Of a DNA stretch of 64,000 bases, positions 56,385 through 64,000 are shown piece by piece (positions within the stretch are counted from its first letter, which is position 1; each line of letters opens with the position of its first letter). The notes beneath the pieces are model-generated. The model worked only from the letters and a program-made list of their open reading frames with translations. It ran no database searches and was not told the origin of the DNA. Location: positions 30,547-94,546 of IMG/VR virus record IMGVR_UViG_3300015371_000007; one strand, 5' to 3'. The DNA is from a virus. Both the position numbers and the translations under genes were made by a program.

Positions 56385-56708
56385 ATGCTCACGCGACCGT
56401 CGAACAAACCGCGCGCGGAGATTGAGCACCTGGCGCATCGGACCATTCAGCTCCGGGGCGGGCCAGACCTCGCGCGCGTTTGGTACAAGTTCGACTGCGG
56501 CACGTGTGGGCACCGGGAGGTCGCCCCGGAGCCTAACGTGCTGCCCGTGGAGGGCGTCTGTACCGTGTGCGGCGCGAGGACGGCCATTCGCGGCGCCGGC
56601 TTCGCGCTGCAGGTCCGGCGGGACCGGTACGTCGATTGGGACAACCCCGCGACGACGCGGACGCTGGTGGTCCGCAAGGCCTACGCCTCCGATAAGGGCG
56701 AGGCATGA
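56385..56708 (+). CDS. zinc-ribbon hypothetical protein
   Basis: KFDCGTCG...CTVCG. Confidence 0.6.
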   Translation: MLTRPSNKPRAEIEHLAHRTIQLRGGPDLARVWYKFDCGTCGHREVAPEPNVLPVEGVCTVCGARTAIRGAGFALQVRRDRYVDWDNPATTRTLVVRKAYASDKGEA

Positions 56709-57103
56709 AGACCTGCTGCTTTCGGAGCTTCGCCAATCGGAACCTCCGCACGGCGGGCCGACCGAATCGGCTCGACGAGGGGCACCGCTGTGAGACCTGC
56801 GGCCAGCTCTATCGCTACACGCGCGCGCACCAGTGGGAGCCACACGACGGGCCGACCGTGGACACCGTCAACATCTACAGCGACGCCGACGGCGACACGA
56901 TCGACTTCGGGTGGGCCCGCGCGACGCGCGATCGCGACCGCCAGCTGCTCTTCGTGCAGTGCTGGGGCTGCGGCGCCATCCACGAGATGCCCGACACCGA
57001 ACAGTTCTCGCAGATGCACTTTCAACACGCCGCCGGCAACTGCTCGGAGCACCTGGCGCGCCGGAACAAAAAACGCGGAGTGATGCCGGGAGTCAGGCAT
57101 TGA
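56705..57103 (+). CDS. Cys-rich hypothetical protein
   Basis: CETCG, CWGCG; ATGA overlap. Confidence 0.55.
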   Translation: MKTCCFRSFANRNLRTAGRPNRLDEGHRCETCGQLYRYTRAHQWEPHDGPTVDTVNIYSDADGDTIDFGWARATRDRDRQLLFVQCWGCGAIHEMPDTEQFSQMHFQHAAGNCSEHLARRNKKRGVMPGVRH

Positions 57104-57135
57104 GAGGAGGCGGGATGGCCGCAGGCGGGATGGGC

Positions 57136-57522
57136 ATGAACATCGTGACGGTGGAGCGCGACGCGCTGCTGACCATCGTGAAGGGGAACCGCGAGAAGCA
57201 CCGGGAGATTTTTCTGGACGCCGTCAAGGGCTTCCGCACCAAGGTCATCGACATCTTGGAGCAACGACTCGAAGACGCGCGCGCCGGGCGCCGCATCAAC
57301 GTGCGCTTCAATCTGCCGACCCCGGTCGACCAGACGCGGGAATACGACCGCGTCATCAAGATGCTCGAAATGAGCATCGACCCGACCATCGAGCTGACGC
57401 AGTCGGAGTTCTCGCAGTACGTGATGGACGACTGGAGCTGGAAGCACCAGTTCACCGCGACCAACTCGGCCTACACCGTGGCTGCGATCCAAGACTCCCC
57501 GATCGACGACAGCGACGAGTAG
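57136..57522 (+). CDS. conserved-looking phage hypothetical protein
   Basis: NREKH..F..A..G...P....EYDRVIKMLEMS...IEL...EF.QYVMDDW.WK. Confidence 0.7.
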   Translation: MNIVTVERDALLTIVKGNREKHREIFLDAVKGFRTKVIDILEQRLEDARAGRRINVRFNLPTPVDQTREYDRVIKMLEMSIDPTIELTQSEFSQYVMDDWSWKHQFTATNSAYTVAAIQDSPIDDSDE

Positions 57523-57786
57523 ATGCCCGTCCTGATCAAGGCCGACGGGACCGAGCGCGACGTCTCCGGACGCCTGACGCTCGACGCGATGCAGGCCTTG
57601 GTCGGCGGGCATGTGCAGCACGTGACCGCGCCCGATGGCCGGCACCTCTTCGTCGACGAGGACGGGAAGCTGAAGCACAAGGCGGTGAACCACAAGGCGA
57701 CCGAGCTGTTCTATCCGGCGTACGACACCATCGTCGGCGACGTGCTGGTGCTGACGCCGGAGGAGTTCGCGGAGTACCGTTGTTGA
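57523..57786 (+). CDS. DUF3846-like protein
   Basis: MQALVGG.....L.VDEDGKL....N..AT...IVGDVLV. Confidence 0.75.
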   Translation: MPVLIKADGTERDVSGRLTLDAMQALVGGHVQHVTAPDGRHLFVDEDGKLKHKAVNHKATELFYPAYDTIVGDVLVLTPEEFAEYRC

Positions 57787-58019
57787 GGCTCTACCTTGAT
57801 CTCTGGACGCTCTACGACCGGCCGCGGGACTTTCCGCGACATATCGTGGCGCGCCGGCACCGGGTGGAGCGTGGCCGGCGGGATCCCGTGCCGGCGCCGG
57901 TCGCGTGCCTTTATGATTCGGTGGAAGAAGCGCGGTGGGATATGGAGCAGCTCGGCCTGGGCGGGCCGCTTCCACGCGACGCGGACGACGAACCGCAGAT
58001 CATCGAGACGTGGCTATGA
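57780..58019 (+). CDS. hypothetical protein
   Basis: WT.YD.P.DFP...VAR...R...D.PQIIETWL. Confidence 0.65.
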   Translation: MLRLYLDLWTLYDRPRDFPRHIVARRHRVERGRRDPVPAPVACLYDSVEEARWDMEQLGLGGPLPRDADDEPQIIETWL

Positions 58020-58450
58020 AGGACTACCACTACGCGCCCAAGGCGGACAAGGCGACGGCGCCGGCCGGCGACGCGCAGCGCGAGTGCGTAACGCACGGCG
58101 AATGCCGTCCGCCGCACCGGAGCACCAAGAACCGGCGCGACTGGTACAAAGGGCGCGAGGGGATCCCGCACACGTGGGAGTGGATGCCGTGGAAGCACCA
58201 AATCGAACTGGAGCAGCGCTACGGGGGGCCGCTCTGGAACCGCGTCACCGAGCACCGGACCTGCTTCGGGTGTGGCAAGGAGGACGACCGGACCCGGTCC
58301 TTCTGCCGGCAGTGCGGCGCGCCGTGGCCGAAGCTGACGTATGCGGGCCGCGGGCCGCTCTTCCGCTACGCCGGATGCCCGGCGTGTTTCGCGCCGTGGC
58401 GCATTGACCGGGACGGACGGTCCCAGCAGTGGCGGGCATCAGGCACATGA
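58016..58450 (+). CDS. Cys-rich hypothetical protein
   Basis: three CxxC pairs; ATGA overlap. Confidence 0.55.
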   Translation: MKDYHYAPKADKATAPAGDAQRECVTHGECRPPHRSTKNRRDWYKGREGIPHTWEWMPWKHQIELEQRYGGPLWNRVTEHRTCFGCGKEDDRTRSFCRQCGAPWPKLTYAGRGPLFRYAGCPACFAPWRIDRDGRSQQWRASGT

Positions 58451-58746
58451 GCGACGACGAGCACATCATCAAAGCCGGGCCGCTCAAGGGCAAGCGGGTC
58501 GAGATGTTCTCGAACGACCGGGTGATCCGGTTGCAGCCGGAGATCATGCGGATCCTCGACCTGCTCGGCCACCCCGACGCCTTGGTCACCGACCGGTCCT
58601 CGTTCGGGGATTTCTTTTCGTTCGCCTGGCGCGACGCTGACGCGCAGGCGGAGCTGGCGGCGATCGCGCAGCAACTCGCCGTCGGGCCGATCGCCTACGA
58701 GACGCTGCTGGTGGACGTCGCCGAGAAACTCAGGGGGGTGTCGTAA
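58447..58746 (+). CDS. hypothetical protein
   Basis: coupled ORF. Confidence 0.55.
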   Translation: MSDDEHIIKAGPLKGKRVEMFSNDRVIRLQPEIMRILDLLGHPDALVTDRSSFGDFFSFAWRDADAQAELAAIAQQLAVGPIAYETLLVDVAEKLRGVS

Positions 58747-59063
58747 TGGCCGATCCGTTCAAGCTGGTGTGCTCGGTGTGCGACTTCACGACGCAAGACC
58801 CCGCCGCGTTCGCGGAACATATGGTCGCCTATCCTGACCACCTCGGGACGTTTCCGATCGACGCCGAGAGCGGCGACCTCGCGGAGCTGGCGAAGGTCTT
58901 AGGCATCCTGCAGCGCGCGGCTGACGGCGGCGCGTTGCCCGAAGGCATGGAGATCAATCCCATCTCCGAGCAGGACATCCTCGACGACGACGAGTTGTCC
59001 GAGGAGGACAAGGCGACGATTCTTGCGCGGCTGCGCGAGTTCGACGAGGACGAGCCTGAGTAA
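58746..59063 (+). CDS. acidic hypothetical protein with C2H2-like start
   Basis: CSVC...H....H; TAATG coupling. Confidence 0.55.
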   Translation: MADPFKLVCSVCDFTTQDPAAFAEHMVAYPDHLGTFPIDAESGDLAELAKVLGILQRAADGGALPEGMEINPISEQDILDDDELSEEDKATILARLREFDEDEPE

Positions 59064-59282
59064 ATGGAGATGTGCGCCTGCGGCCAACCGTTGCACTACA
59101 GCTCGCCGAAGCTGTACGAGCAGGTCGAGCGGATGATTCAGATCGCCGGCGACCCGTTGGTGACGGTGACGACGCCGGACGGGCGCTGGCGCGTCCCGCG
59201 GCATTACATCGCCCTGCACGGCCTCAAGGCGAGCGAGCTACCGACGCTCGGGCCGGCGCTCGGCTTCGAGAAGGTGAAGTGA
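59064..59282 (+). CDS. hypothetical protein
   Basis: CACGQPLHY...VPRHYIALHG. Confidence 0.6.
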   Translation: MEMCACGQPLHYSSPKLYEQVERMIQIAGDPLVTVTTPDGRWRVPRHYIALHGLKASELPTLGPALGFEKVK

Positions 59283-59285
59283 CCA

Positions 59286-59582
59286 GTGCCGTTCCCGCCC
59301 CACTTGCAGAAGGCTCCTCCGCCCTGGCCCGACGGGACGGAGAAAGTCGTGTGGACCCTCATCGAGGCGGAGCAGCACCTGATCGCCGAGGTGTCGTTGA
59401 TCATGGGCGAACCTGTTGGTGTCGTGCGCGTGTTTCGGCTCCCGCACGGCGACGTCTCTGAGAAGACGCTGATCTACGAGAAGCCGATCGGCCTCATCGA
59501 GATTGCGATGTTCGCGGCCGACCGGGAGGATCTGATCACGACGTTCATGGAGGCGGTCGTGAAGGAAGCGCAGCCGCACTAA
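59286..59582 (+). CDS. hypothetical protein
   Basis: ORF in operon. Confidence 0.5.
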   Translation: MPFPPHLQKAPPPWPDGTEKVVWTLIEAEQHLIAEVSLIMGEPVGVVRVFRLPHGDVSEKTLIYEKPIGLIEIAMFAADREDLITTFMEAVVKEAQPH

Positions 59583-59776
59583 TGCCACGCGACTGGAAAT
59601 GCCCGCACTGCGGCCACTCCATCTACATCGGCGTCGAGTACGCCTACGACCACCCCGACCACTACGACGGCCTGAGCGAGTTGGTGTGCGCGCAGTGCGG
59701 CACGCGCTACGGGCGCTGGAGCGGGCGCAAACTGAAGGACGGGGAATCGGAGAAGCGGTGGGGCGGTGAACGCTGA
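59582..59776 (+). CDS. small zinc-ribbon protein
   Basis: CPHCG...YDG.SE..C..CG.R.GRWSG. Confidence 0.65.
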   Translation: MPRDWKCPHCGHSIYIGVEYAYDHPDHYDGLSELVCAQCGTRYGRWSGRKLKDGESEKRWGGER

Positions 59777-60108
59777 TGACCGACCACGAGATTCGCGAGC
59801 TGGCGCTGCAGGCGGTCGATGGCCGCGTCGTCGGGAGCTGGGCGGTGCCGCCAGATATGTGGCGGATGGTCTTCACGCCGTTGGCGTTTGCCGACCATGC
59901 GACGCTCCAGCGCTGGAAGGACGAGGGGGTCGCGCACGTCTACGGCATCTACGGCGTCGACGCGACGATGAGCCGCGCCGTCAACGGGTACCCGATGTTC
60001 GCGGAGATTCGCGTTCTCACCGCGCCGGAGTTTCTCAAGCTCCGGATCGCGTCCAACATGGCGCACAAGCAGCGCGCGCAGTTCCTCGCCGGGAGGAGAC
60101 TGCCGTGA
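59776..60108 (+). CDS. hypothetical protein
   Basis: MVF.P...R.VNGYPMF. Confidence 0.6.
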   Translation: MTDHEIRELALQAVDGRVVGSWAVPPDMWRMVFTPLAFADHATLQRWKDEGVAHVYGIYGVDATMSRAVNGYPMFAEIRVLTAPEFLKLRIASNMAHKQRAQFLAGRRLP

Positions 60109-60287
60109 ACGACAAGAGGAGGGGTATGGCCTGGACCGAGCATCCCAAACTCTATGAGGTTGCGAAAGAGGTGTGCTTCGAGCAGGGGATCCCGTGGACG
60201 GATCCGCGCACCGGCGTGACCCATTTCCCGCCGACGATGAAGCCGGCGCCCCCTCCCGACACGACGCGGGAGGGCACTGGTGCCTGA
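60105..60287 (+). CDS. hypothetical protein
   Basis: GGGAGGAG RBS, GTGA overlap. Confidence 0.45.
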   Translation: MNDKRRGMAWTEHPKLYEVAKEVCFEQGIPWTDPRTGVTHFPPTMKPAPPPDTTREGTGA

Positions 60288-60558
60288 CATCTCAGCGCAG
60301 CACACGTTCCTACTGAAACTGTCCGACCGCGAGTACCGGCTCGTGGCGAAGGCGATCGCGGCCTTTGCCGGCGTGCGCGCGGCGCGGCCCACGCCCGAGG
60401 AGGTCGCGGCCGCGAAGCTCCTGAATCTCGAGCTGCTGAAGCAGCGGAAAGCGATGTTGACCGAGCAGCTCCGCATGGCCGACGGCGCGCTCGGCCGCGC
60501 GGAGGAGGCCGGCCCGGTGCCGGCGGACGAAGAGCCCGTAGACGATGGGTCTCGGTAA
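60280..60558 (+). CDS. hypothetical protein
   Basis: GGAGG RBS. Confidence 0.55.
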   Translation: MPDISAQHTFLLKLSDREYRLVAKAIAAFAGVRAARPTPEEVAAAKLLNLELLKQRKAMLTEQLRMADGALGRAEEAGPVPADEEPVDDGSR

Positions 60559-60691
60559 AGCGCTCAAGCGGCGGCATCGGCGGCAGGCGAAGGCGGGGAA
60601 GCCCCGGCACCGCCTGACCGCTGGCCGCACCGGCAGCGTGCGCCACAAGCAGCGGCGCGGGATGCTGAGCGAGCGGAAACGCCATGATTAA
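60545..60691 (+). CDS. 48-aa very basic peptide
   Basis: read manually; fills the gap between coupled genes. Confidence 0.35.
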   Translation: MGLGKALKRRHRRQAKAGKPRHRLTAGRTGSVRHKQRRGMLSERKRHD

Positions 60692-61010
60692 CGATCCGGA
60701 GTCGCAGCGCGACTGGCTCGAACGCGCCGAGTTCCTGCTGGAGCTGCGCGCGTCGCGGGACCGCTGGAAGAAGCGCGCGCACTATCTGCTCGGCGTGGTG
60801 CGCCATTACCGGCTGCGCCTGGACACCGATCTCCGCGCGGCCGAATCGGTGCAAGACCGGTTGCGCGCGGCCCTGATGCAGTATCGCGAGCGCGACCACC
60901 GACAATGCACGATCTGGAAGACCGGTTTCGACAACCGCTGTTTGATGTGCCAAAAAGCCGACGCCGCCCTTGTCGGCATCGAGCGAAGGAGTCAACGTGA
61001 CCGCACCTGA
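60684..61010 (+). CDS. hypothetical coiled-coil protein
   Basis: ORF in operon. Confidence 0.5.
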   Translation: MINDPESQRDWLERAEFLLELRASRDRWKKRAHYLLGVVRHYRLRLDTDLRAAESVQDRLRAALMQYRERDHRQCTIWKTGFDNRCLMCQKADAALVGIERRSQRDRT

Positions 61011-61815
61011 CATGGCGGCGCAGCTCCGCGACGCGCTGCTGGAGCGAATGCGGAAGACCGCCAGCGGCGAGATGGTCGCGTTCGACAAGCGGCACGTCTA
61101 CGAGGTGCTCGCGGTGGCGATCGATCACGTCGCAGTGGTGCGGGCCGATGATGCGCTCCGAGCCGGGGAAGTCATCAACAGTCTCAAGGCGGAGGTCGCG
61201 ACACTCAAAGGCGCGATGGCCGCACAGGACGAACGCGAGCGCCTGGCCGGCGACCAATGCGGCATCCCGTGGCAGGAGCACCAGTGCGACTGGCCGGATG
61301 CCGTCGCGGAAGCGCTGATCGTCTCGCGGGAGCGCGAGTATCCCGGCTACAAACGGGAGAAGGCGTTACGCTGCGCAGCGGAAGCGCGGAATCAGGAACT
61401 GCGCGAGGGCTGGGTCAAGGACGAACGAAAGTTCGACAACGCGTTCAGCGACGCGTGCGCGGAACGCGACCGGCTGCGGGCGGCAGTGACTGCTATTCAC
61501 ACCGCCGTACGCGACGACGAGAAGGGCGAGTGTTGGACGATACGCCGCTATCTCGACGAGCGCGACATCTTCAACGACGACATTCAGGGCAGTGACCGCC
61601 TAGTGGAATTGGCGTGCGAGCACGTCCTCAAGGCCGCGACGCAGCCCACGCACAAACGAGATCAGCTGCGGGAGGCGCTGAAGGCGTGTGAGGCCGTCTT
61701 CGTGCACAGTGACAAGTTCCCCGAAGATCGCGAACCGATAGAACTGTGGGCTGATGAGCGCCGCCGCCTGTGGGATGCCGCGGTTGTTGCTGTTCGTGAG
61801 GCCTTACAGCAATGA
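60997..61815 (+). CDS. hypothetical coiled-coil protein
   Basis: AAGGAG RBS, GTG. Confidence 0.6.
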   Translation: MTAPDMAAQLRDALLERMRKTASGEMVAFDKRHVYEVLAVAIDHVAVVRADDALRAGEVINSLKAEVATLKGAMAAQDERERLAGDQCGIPWQEHQCDWPDAVAEALIVSREREYPGYKREKALRCAAEARNQELREGWVKDERKFDNAFSDACAERDRLRAAVTAIHTAVRDDEKGECWTIRRYLDERDIFNDDIQGSDRLVELACEHVLKAATQPTHKRDQLREALKACEAVFVHSDKFPEDREPIELWADERRRLWDAAVVAVREALQQ

Positions 61816-61931
61816 AAACGTGTTGCTCTTGCGGTGTCGTCGAGAGCGTCATGGCAGATCCGCGGTACTGCGCGATGTGCCGGACCTTCACGCACACGGT
61901 CTATGCAATGCGTTCAGAGAGACGCCCATGA
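61812..61931 (+). CDS. 39-aa Cys-rich peptide
   Basis: ATGA overlaps at both ends; CCSC...CAMC. Confidence 0.4.
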   Translation: MKTCCSCGVVESVMADPRYCAMCRTFTHTVYAMRSERRP

Positions 61932-62338
61932 GAACCCGCATCATTGAAGTCACGAACGGCGAGAACAATTGGGGCAAGTTCCTGATTGGCGATTTCACCG
62001 ACGAACGGTTCCGCCGGTCCGAGGTCGACAAGGAGTCGCGCCTGCCGCTGCTGCAGGCGATTGGCTGGGGCGACAACGCCTATCTCGTGGTCGACCTGCA
62101 GACGGGCGAGGGCACGATCTTTCGCTTGGGCGGGCTCGCGTCGGCCGACCTGAACAAACATAAGATATGGGTCTGCCCGATGTTCGAGCCGTTTCTCAAC
62201 TGGCTCTACGAGTACTACCTGGCCGCGGTGAAGGCCGGCGACCGCACGTGGTGGGAAGGCCTGCCGCTGCACGTCGACCTGCCCGACGCGCCGTTCTCCA
62301 TGCACGGCTACCGGCGAGAGGGCCGGACGACGTTGTGA
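61928..62338 (+). CDS. hypothetical protein
   Basis: NWGKF...DLQTGEG...DL.KH.IWVCPMFEPFL.WLY. Confidence 0.7.
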   Translation: MRTRIIEVTNGENNWGKFLIGDFTDERFRRSEVDKESRLPLLQAIGWGDNAYLVVDLQTGEGTIFRLGGLASADLNKHKIWVCPMFEPFLNWLYEYYLAAVKAGDRTWWEGLPLHVDLPDAPFSMHGYRREGRTTL

Positions 62339-62505
62339 GCAAGCGCGTCTGGCCGACGTCGCGGAAGGAGTCGCGGCTGCAGAACCGTTTCGCGCATCCG
62401 CACGACACGTGGACGAACCACGACCAGGCGGTCCGCATCGCAAAGCGGCGCTGGAAGCGCCACCGCAGCAAGCTCCTGCGCCGCCGGCCGATCCCGGAGG
62501 AGTAG
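62335..62505 (+). CDS. small basic protein
   Basis: GTGA overlap. Confidence 0.4.
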   Translation: MSKRVWPTSRKESRLQNRFAHPHDTWTNHDQAVRIAKRRWKRHRSKLLRRRPIPEE

Positions 62506-62508
62506 CCG

Positions 62509-62727
62509 ATGTGCCTCATCTGCGTGCTGGAGGACGAGGTGTTTCAGAAGGTCCCACGCAAAACCAAGAAGGCCACGAAGAAGTTCCTATTGCAGTCGCC
62601 GGTGCGCTGGAGCTGGCGCGAGCGCCGCCGCTTCCTGCGGGCGCACGGACGCCTTCGGCGCTCGCACGGTCTGCCGCCGATGCGCCGTCTCCCGGATGGC
62701 CGCGTGCCGGTCATGGAGGTGTGGTGA
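62509..62727 (+). CDS. small basic protein
   Basis: GGAGGAG RBS. Confidence 0.45.
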   Translation: MCLICVLEDEVFQKVPRKTKKATKKFLLQSPVRWSWRERRRFLRAHGRLRRSHGLPPMRRLPDGRVPVMEVW

Positions 62728-62988
62728 ATGCTGCCGCCCGAGGCGAAGACGGTCGCGCTGATCGCGTTCGCCCATCGGCGCGAGCTGCACCGGAACGCGA
62801 CGCCCATCGACAACAGCCAACTCCACGCCGGCTCGCCGATGTTCTTTACGTGCGAGGCGTGCTTCGGGCCGGTCATCGTCGCGGAGGGGTTTCTCACGAG
62901 ACCGCCGCTCTGCTACGACTGCCGCGACCTCGACGACCACGGCTGGCTGCTCGGCGTACCTAAAGCGGATGCGGGCGGGACGCGATGA
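62728..62988 (+). CDS. zinc-binding hypothetical protein
   Basis: IDNS.L.AGSPM.F.C..C...C..C. Confidence 0.6.
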   Translation: MLPPEAKTVALIAFAHRRELHRNATPIDNSQLHAGSPMFFTCEACFGPVIVAEGFLTRPPLCYDCRDLDDHGWLLGVPKADAGGTR

Positions 62989-63221
62989 CCTACTACCCCA
63001 CGCTCGAAGAGGACCTGGCCCGCGCGAAAGAGATTCTCGCAAGGGGCAAGGCGACCCTCGATACGCAGCTCCAAGAGCTGATCCCCAAGATCGACCCGGA
63101 GTCGCGCGAGGTGTTCCAGCAAACGCTCGGCGGCACGATCTACGGTTCCGACACCTACGCCGCCTATCGGCTGCTGGAGAGCTTCGTCGAGGAGATTGAG
63201 CGACTACGGAGGACGCCATGA
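62985..63221 (+). CDS. hypothetical protein
   Basis: ATGA coupling. Confidence 0.55.
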   Translation: MTYYPTLEEDLARAKEILARGKATLDTQLQELIPKIDPESREVFQQTLGGTIYGSDTYAAYRLLESFVEEIERLRRTP

Positions 63222-63475
63222 ATGACATCGCCGCGTTCATGCTCGCCGAAACCAAGCGCGCCTACGAAGGCCTCGACGACGAGTCGCTGGCGATCTTGAA
63301 GGCCCATTTCCCGAACGACCCCATCCGGCAGCGCGCCATCGACGAGGTGCTGCAGGCGCGCGGGCATCCGTCCATCGTCTGCCCGCAGTGCGGAATGCGG
63401 TCCTACAACCCCCACGACATCGCCGAGCGCTACTGCGGCGCGTGTCACGAGTTTCATAGTGAGATGAGGCGCTGA
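63218..63475 (+). CDS. zinc-finger hypothetical protein
   Basis: SI.CP.CG..SYNP.D...RYCG.CH.FH. Confidence 0.65.
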   Translation: MNDIAAFMLAETKRAYEGLDDESLAILKAHFPNDPIRQRAIDEVLQARGHPSIVCPQCGMRSYNPHDIAERYCGACHEFHSEMRR

Positions 63476-63521
63476 GATGTGGTGGCTGGTTGCAGGCGCT
63501 ACTCGATAGGCCAGAGGTTAC

Positions 63522-63794
63522 ATGATGGGCACGAATGGCGGCGACAAACCGCAGGGCGAGCCGGGACCGCCGGGACCGCAAGGCCCGCCAGGGGCTGAGG
63601 GTCCGACCGGACCGCAAGGGCCGGCTGGCCCGACGGGACCCGCCGGTCCGCAAGGTCCCGCGGGTCCCGAAGGCCCGACTGGCGCTGAAGGGCCGGCCGG
63701 TCCGACAGGACCCACGGGGGCGCCCGGTGCCCACGGAGCACCGGGAGAGACCGGCCCTGCCGGCCAGACCGGGGAGCGCGGGGCTGACGGTGCC
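63522..63794 (+). CDS. collagen-like (Gly-X-Y) protein, 5' part; true 3' end probably lost at the junction
   Basis: continuous Gly-X-Y triplets ~63555-63794; register is lost afterwards. Confidence 0.7.
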
Positions 63795-63983
63795 GTGGCG
63801 ACCGATCTCCGTCAGCGCGGTCGCGATCTCGGCCAGACCGAGGCCGTCGCCGCCGAGACGTTCGGGGACCGCCAGCGCCGGCACACCGCCGGCGACCAAC
63901 GCGTCCCAGCTGTTGCCGCGATCCAGCACCGACGTCACCACGTCGGCGACAGCCTGCTGCCCCTCCTCGGGACTGAAATCCAC
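63774..63983 (-). pseudogene. fadE28: 5' fragment (70 codons) of actinobacterial acyl-CoA dehydrogenase FadE28/ChsE1-like gene
   Basis: [20 protein letters not shown]...[23 protein letters not shown]....LTE.GRHG.V.PAL resembles the mycobacterial FadE28 N-terminus as recalled; AAGGAGG RBS upstream. Confidence 0.7.
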
Positions 63984-64000
63984 CCGAATCCTCCTTGATC

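Noticed and set aside
63237-63983. Full 248-aa acyl-CoA dehydrogenase as a phage metabolic gene
   Set aside because: Only the first ~70 codons are FadE-like; the rest is antisense collagen/phage sequence.

Overview
GC-rich dsDNA phage (or prophage) sequence with a P22-like (podovirus-type) morphogenesis module on the + strand. It runs: large terminase, portal, scaffold, P22-gp5-like coat, two duplicated putative decoration proteins, adaptor, gp10-like tail protein, S74-chaperoned tail fibre, GNAT and three ejection-type proteins. Next comes a 7,823-aa polyvalent protein with M15 peptidase, C5-methyltransferase-like, TGT/DpdA-like, SF2 helicase, HhH-glycosylase-like, two ART-like and HExxH domains. 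A tail-collar fibre, a putative non-canonical lysis block, a divergent control region and about 10 kb of small accessory ORFs follow. Four observations stand out. (1) A DIP1984-like coiled-coil gene is followed directly by a ~233-nt closed, structured non-coding element carrying eight 7-nt NTNGTTG repeats, a candidate protein-RNA system. (2) Two RBS-bearing +1-frame genes appear to be overprinted inside linkers of the giant gene. (3) The coat protein has a hydrophobic leader, and a nearby structural-module protein has a signal peptide. (4) The last ~230 nt are an actinobacterial fadE28-like 5' fragment joined through a ~21-nt dual-reading overlap, probably an assembly chimera. No integrase, polymerase, reverse transcriptase, tRNA or CRISPR array was recognised. 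All family assignments come from reading motifs by eye, not from database searches.
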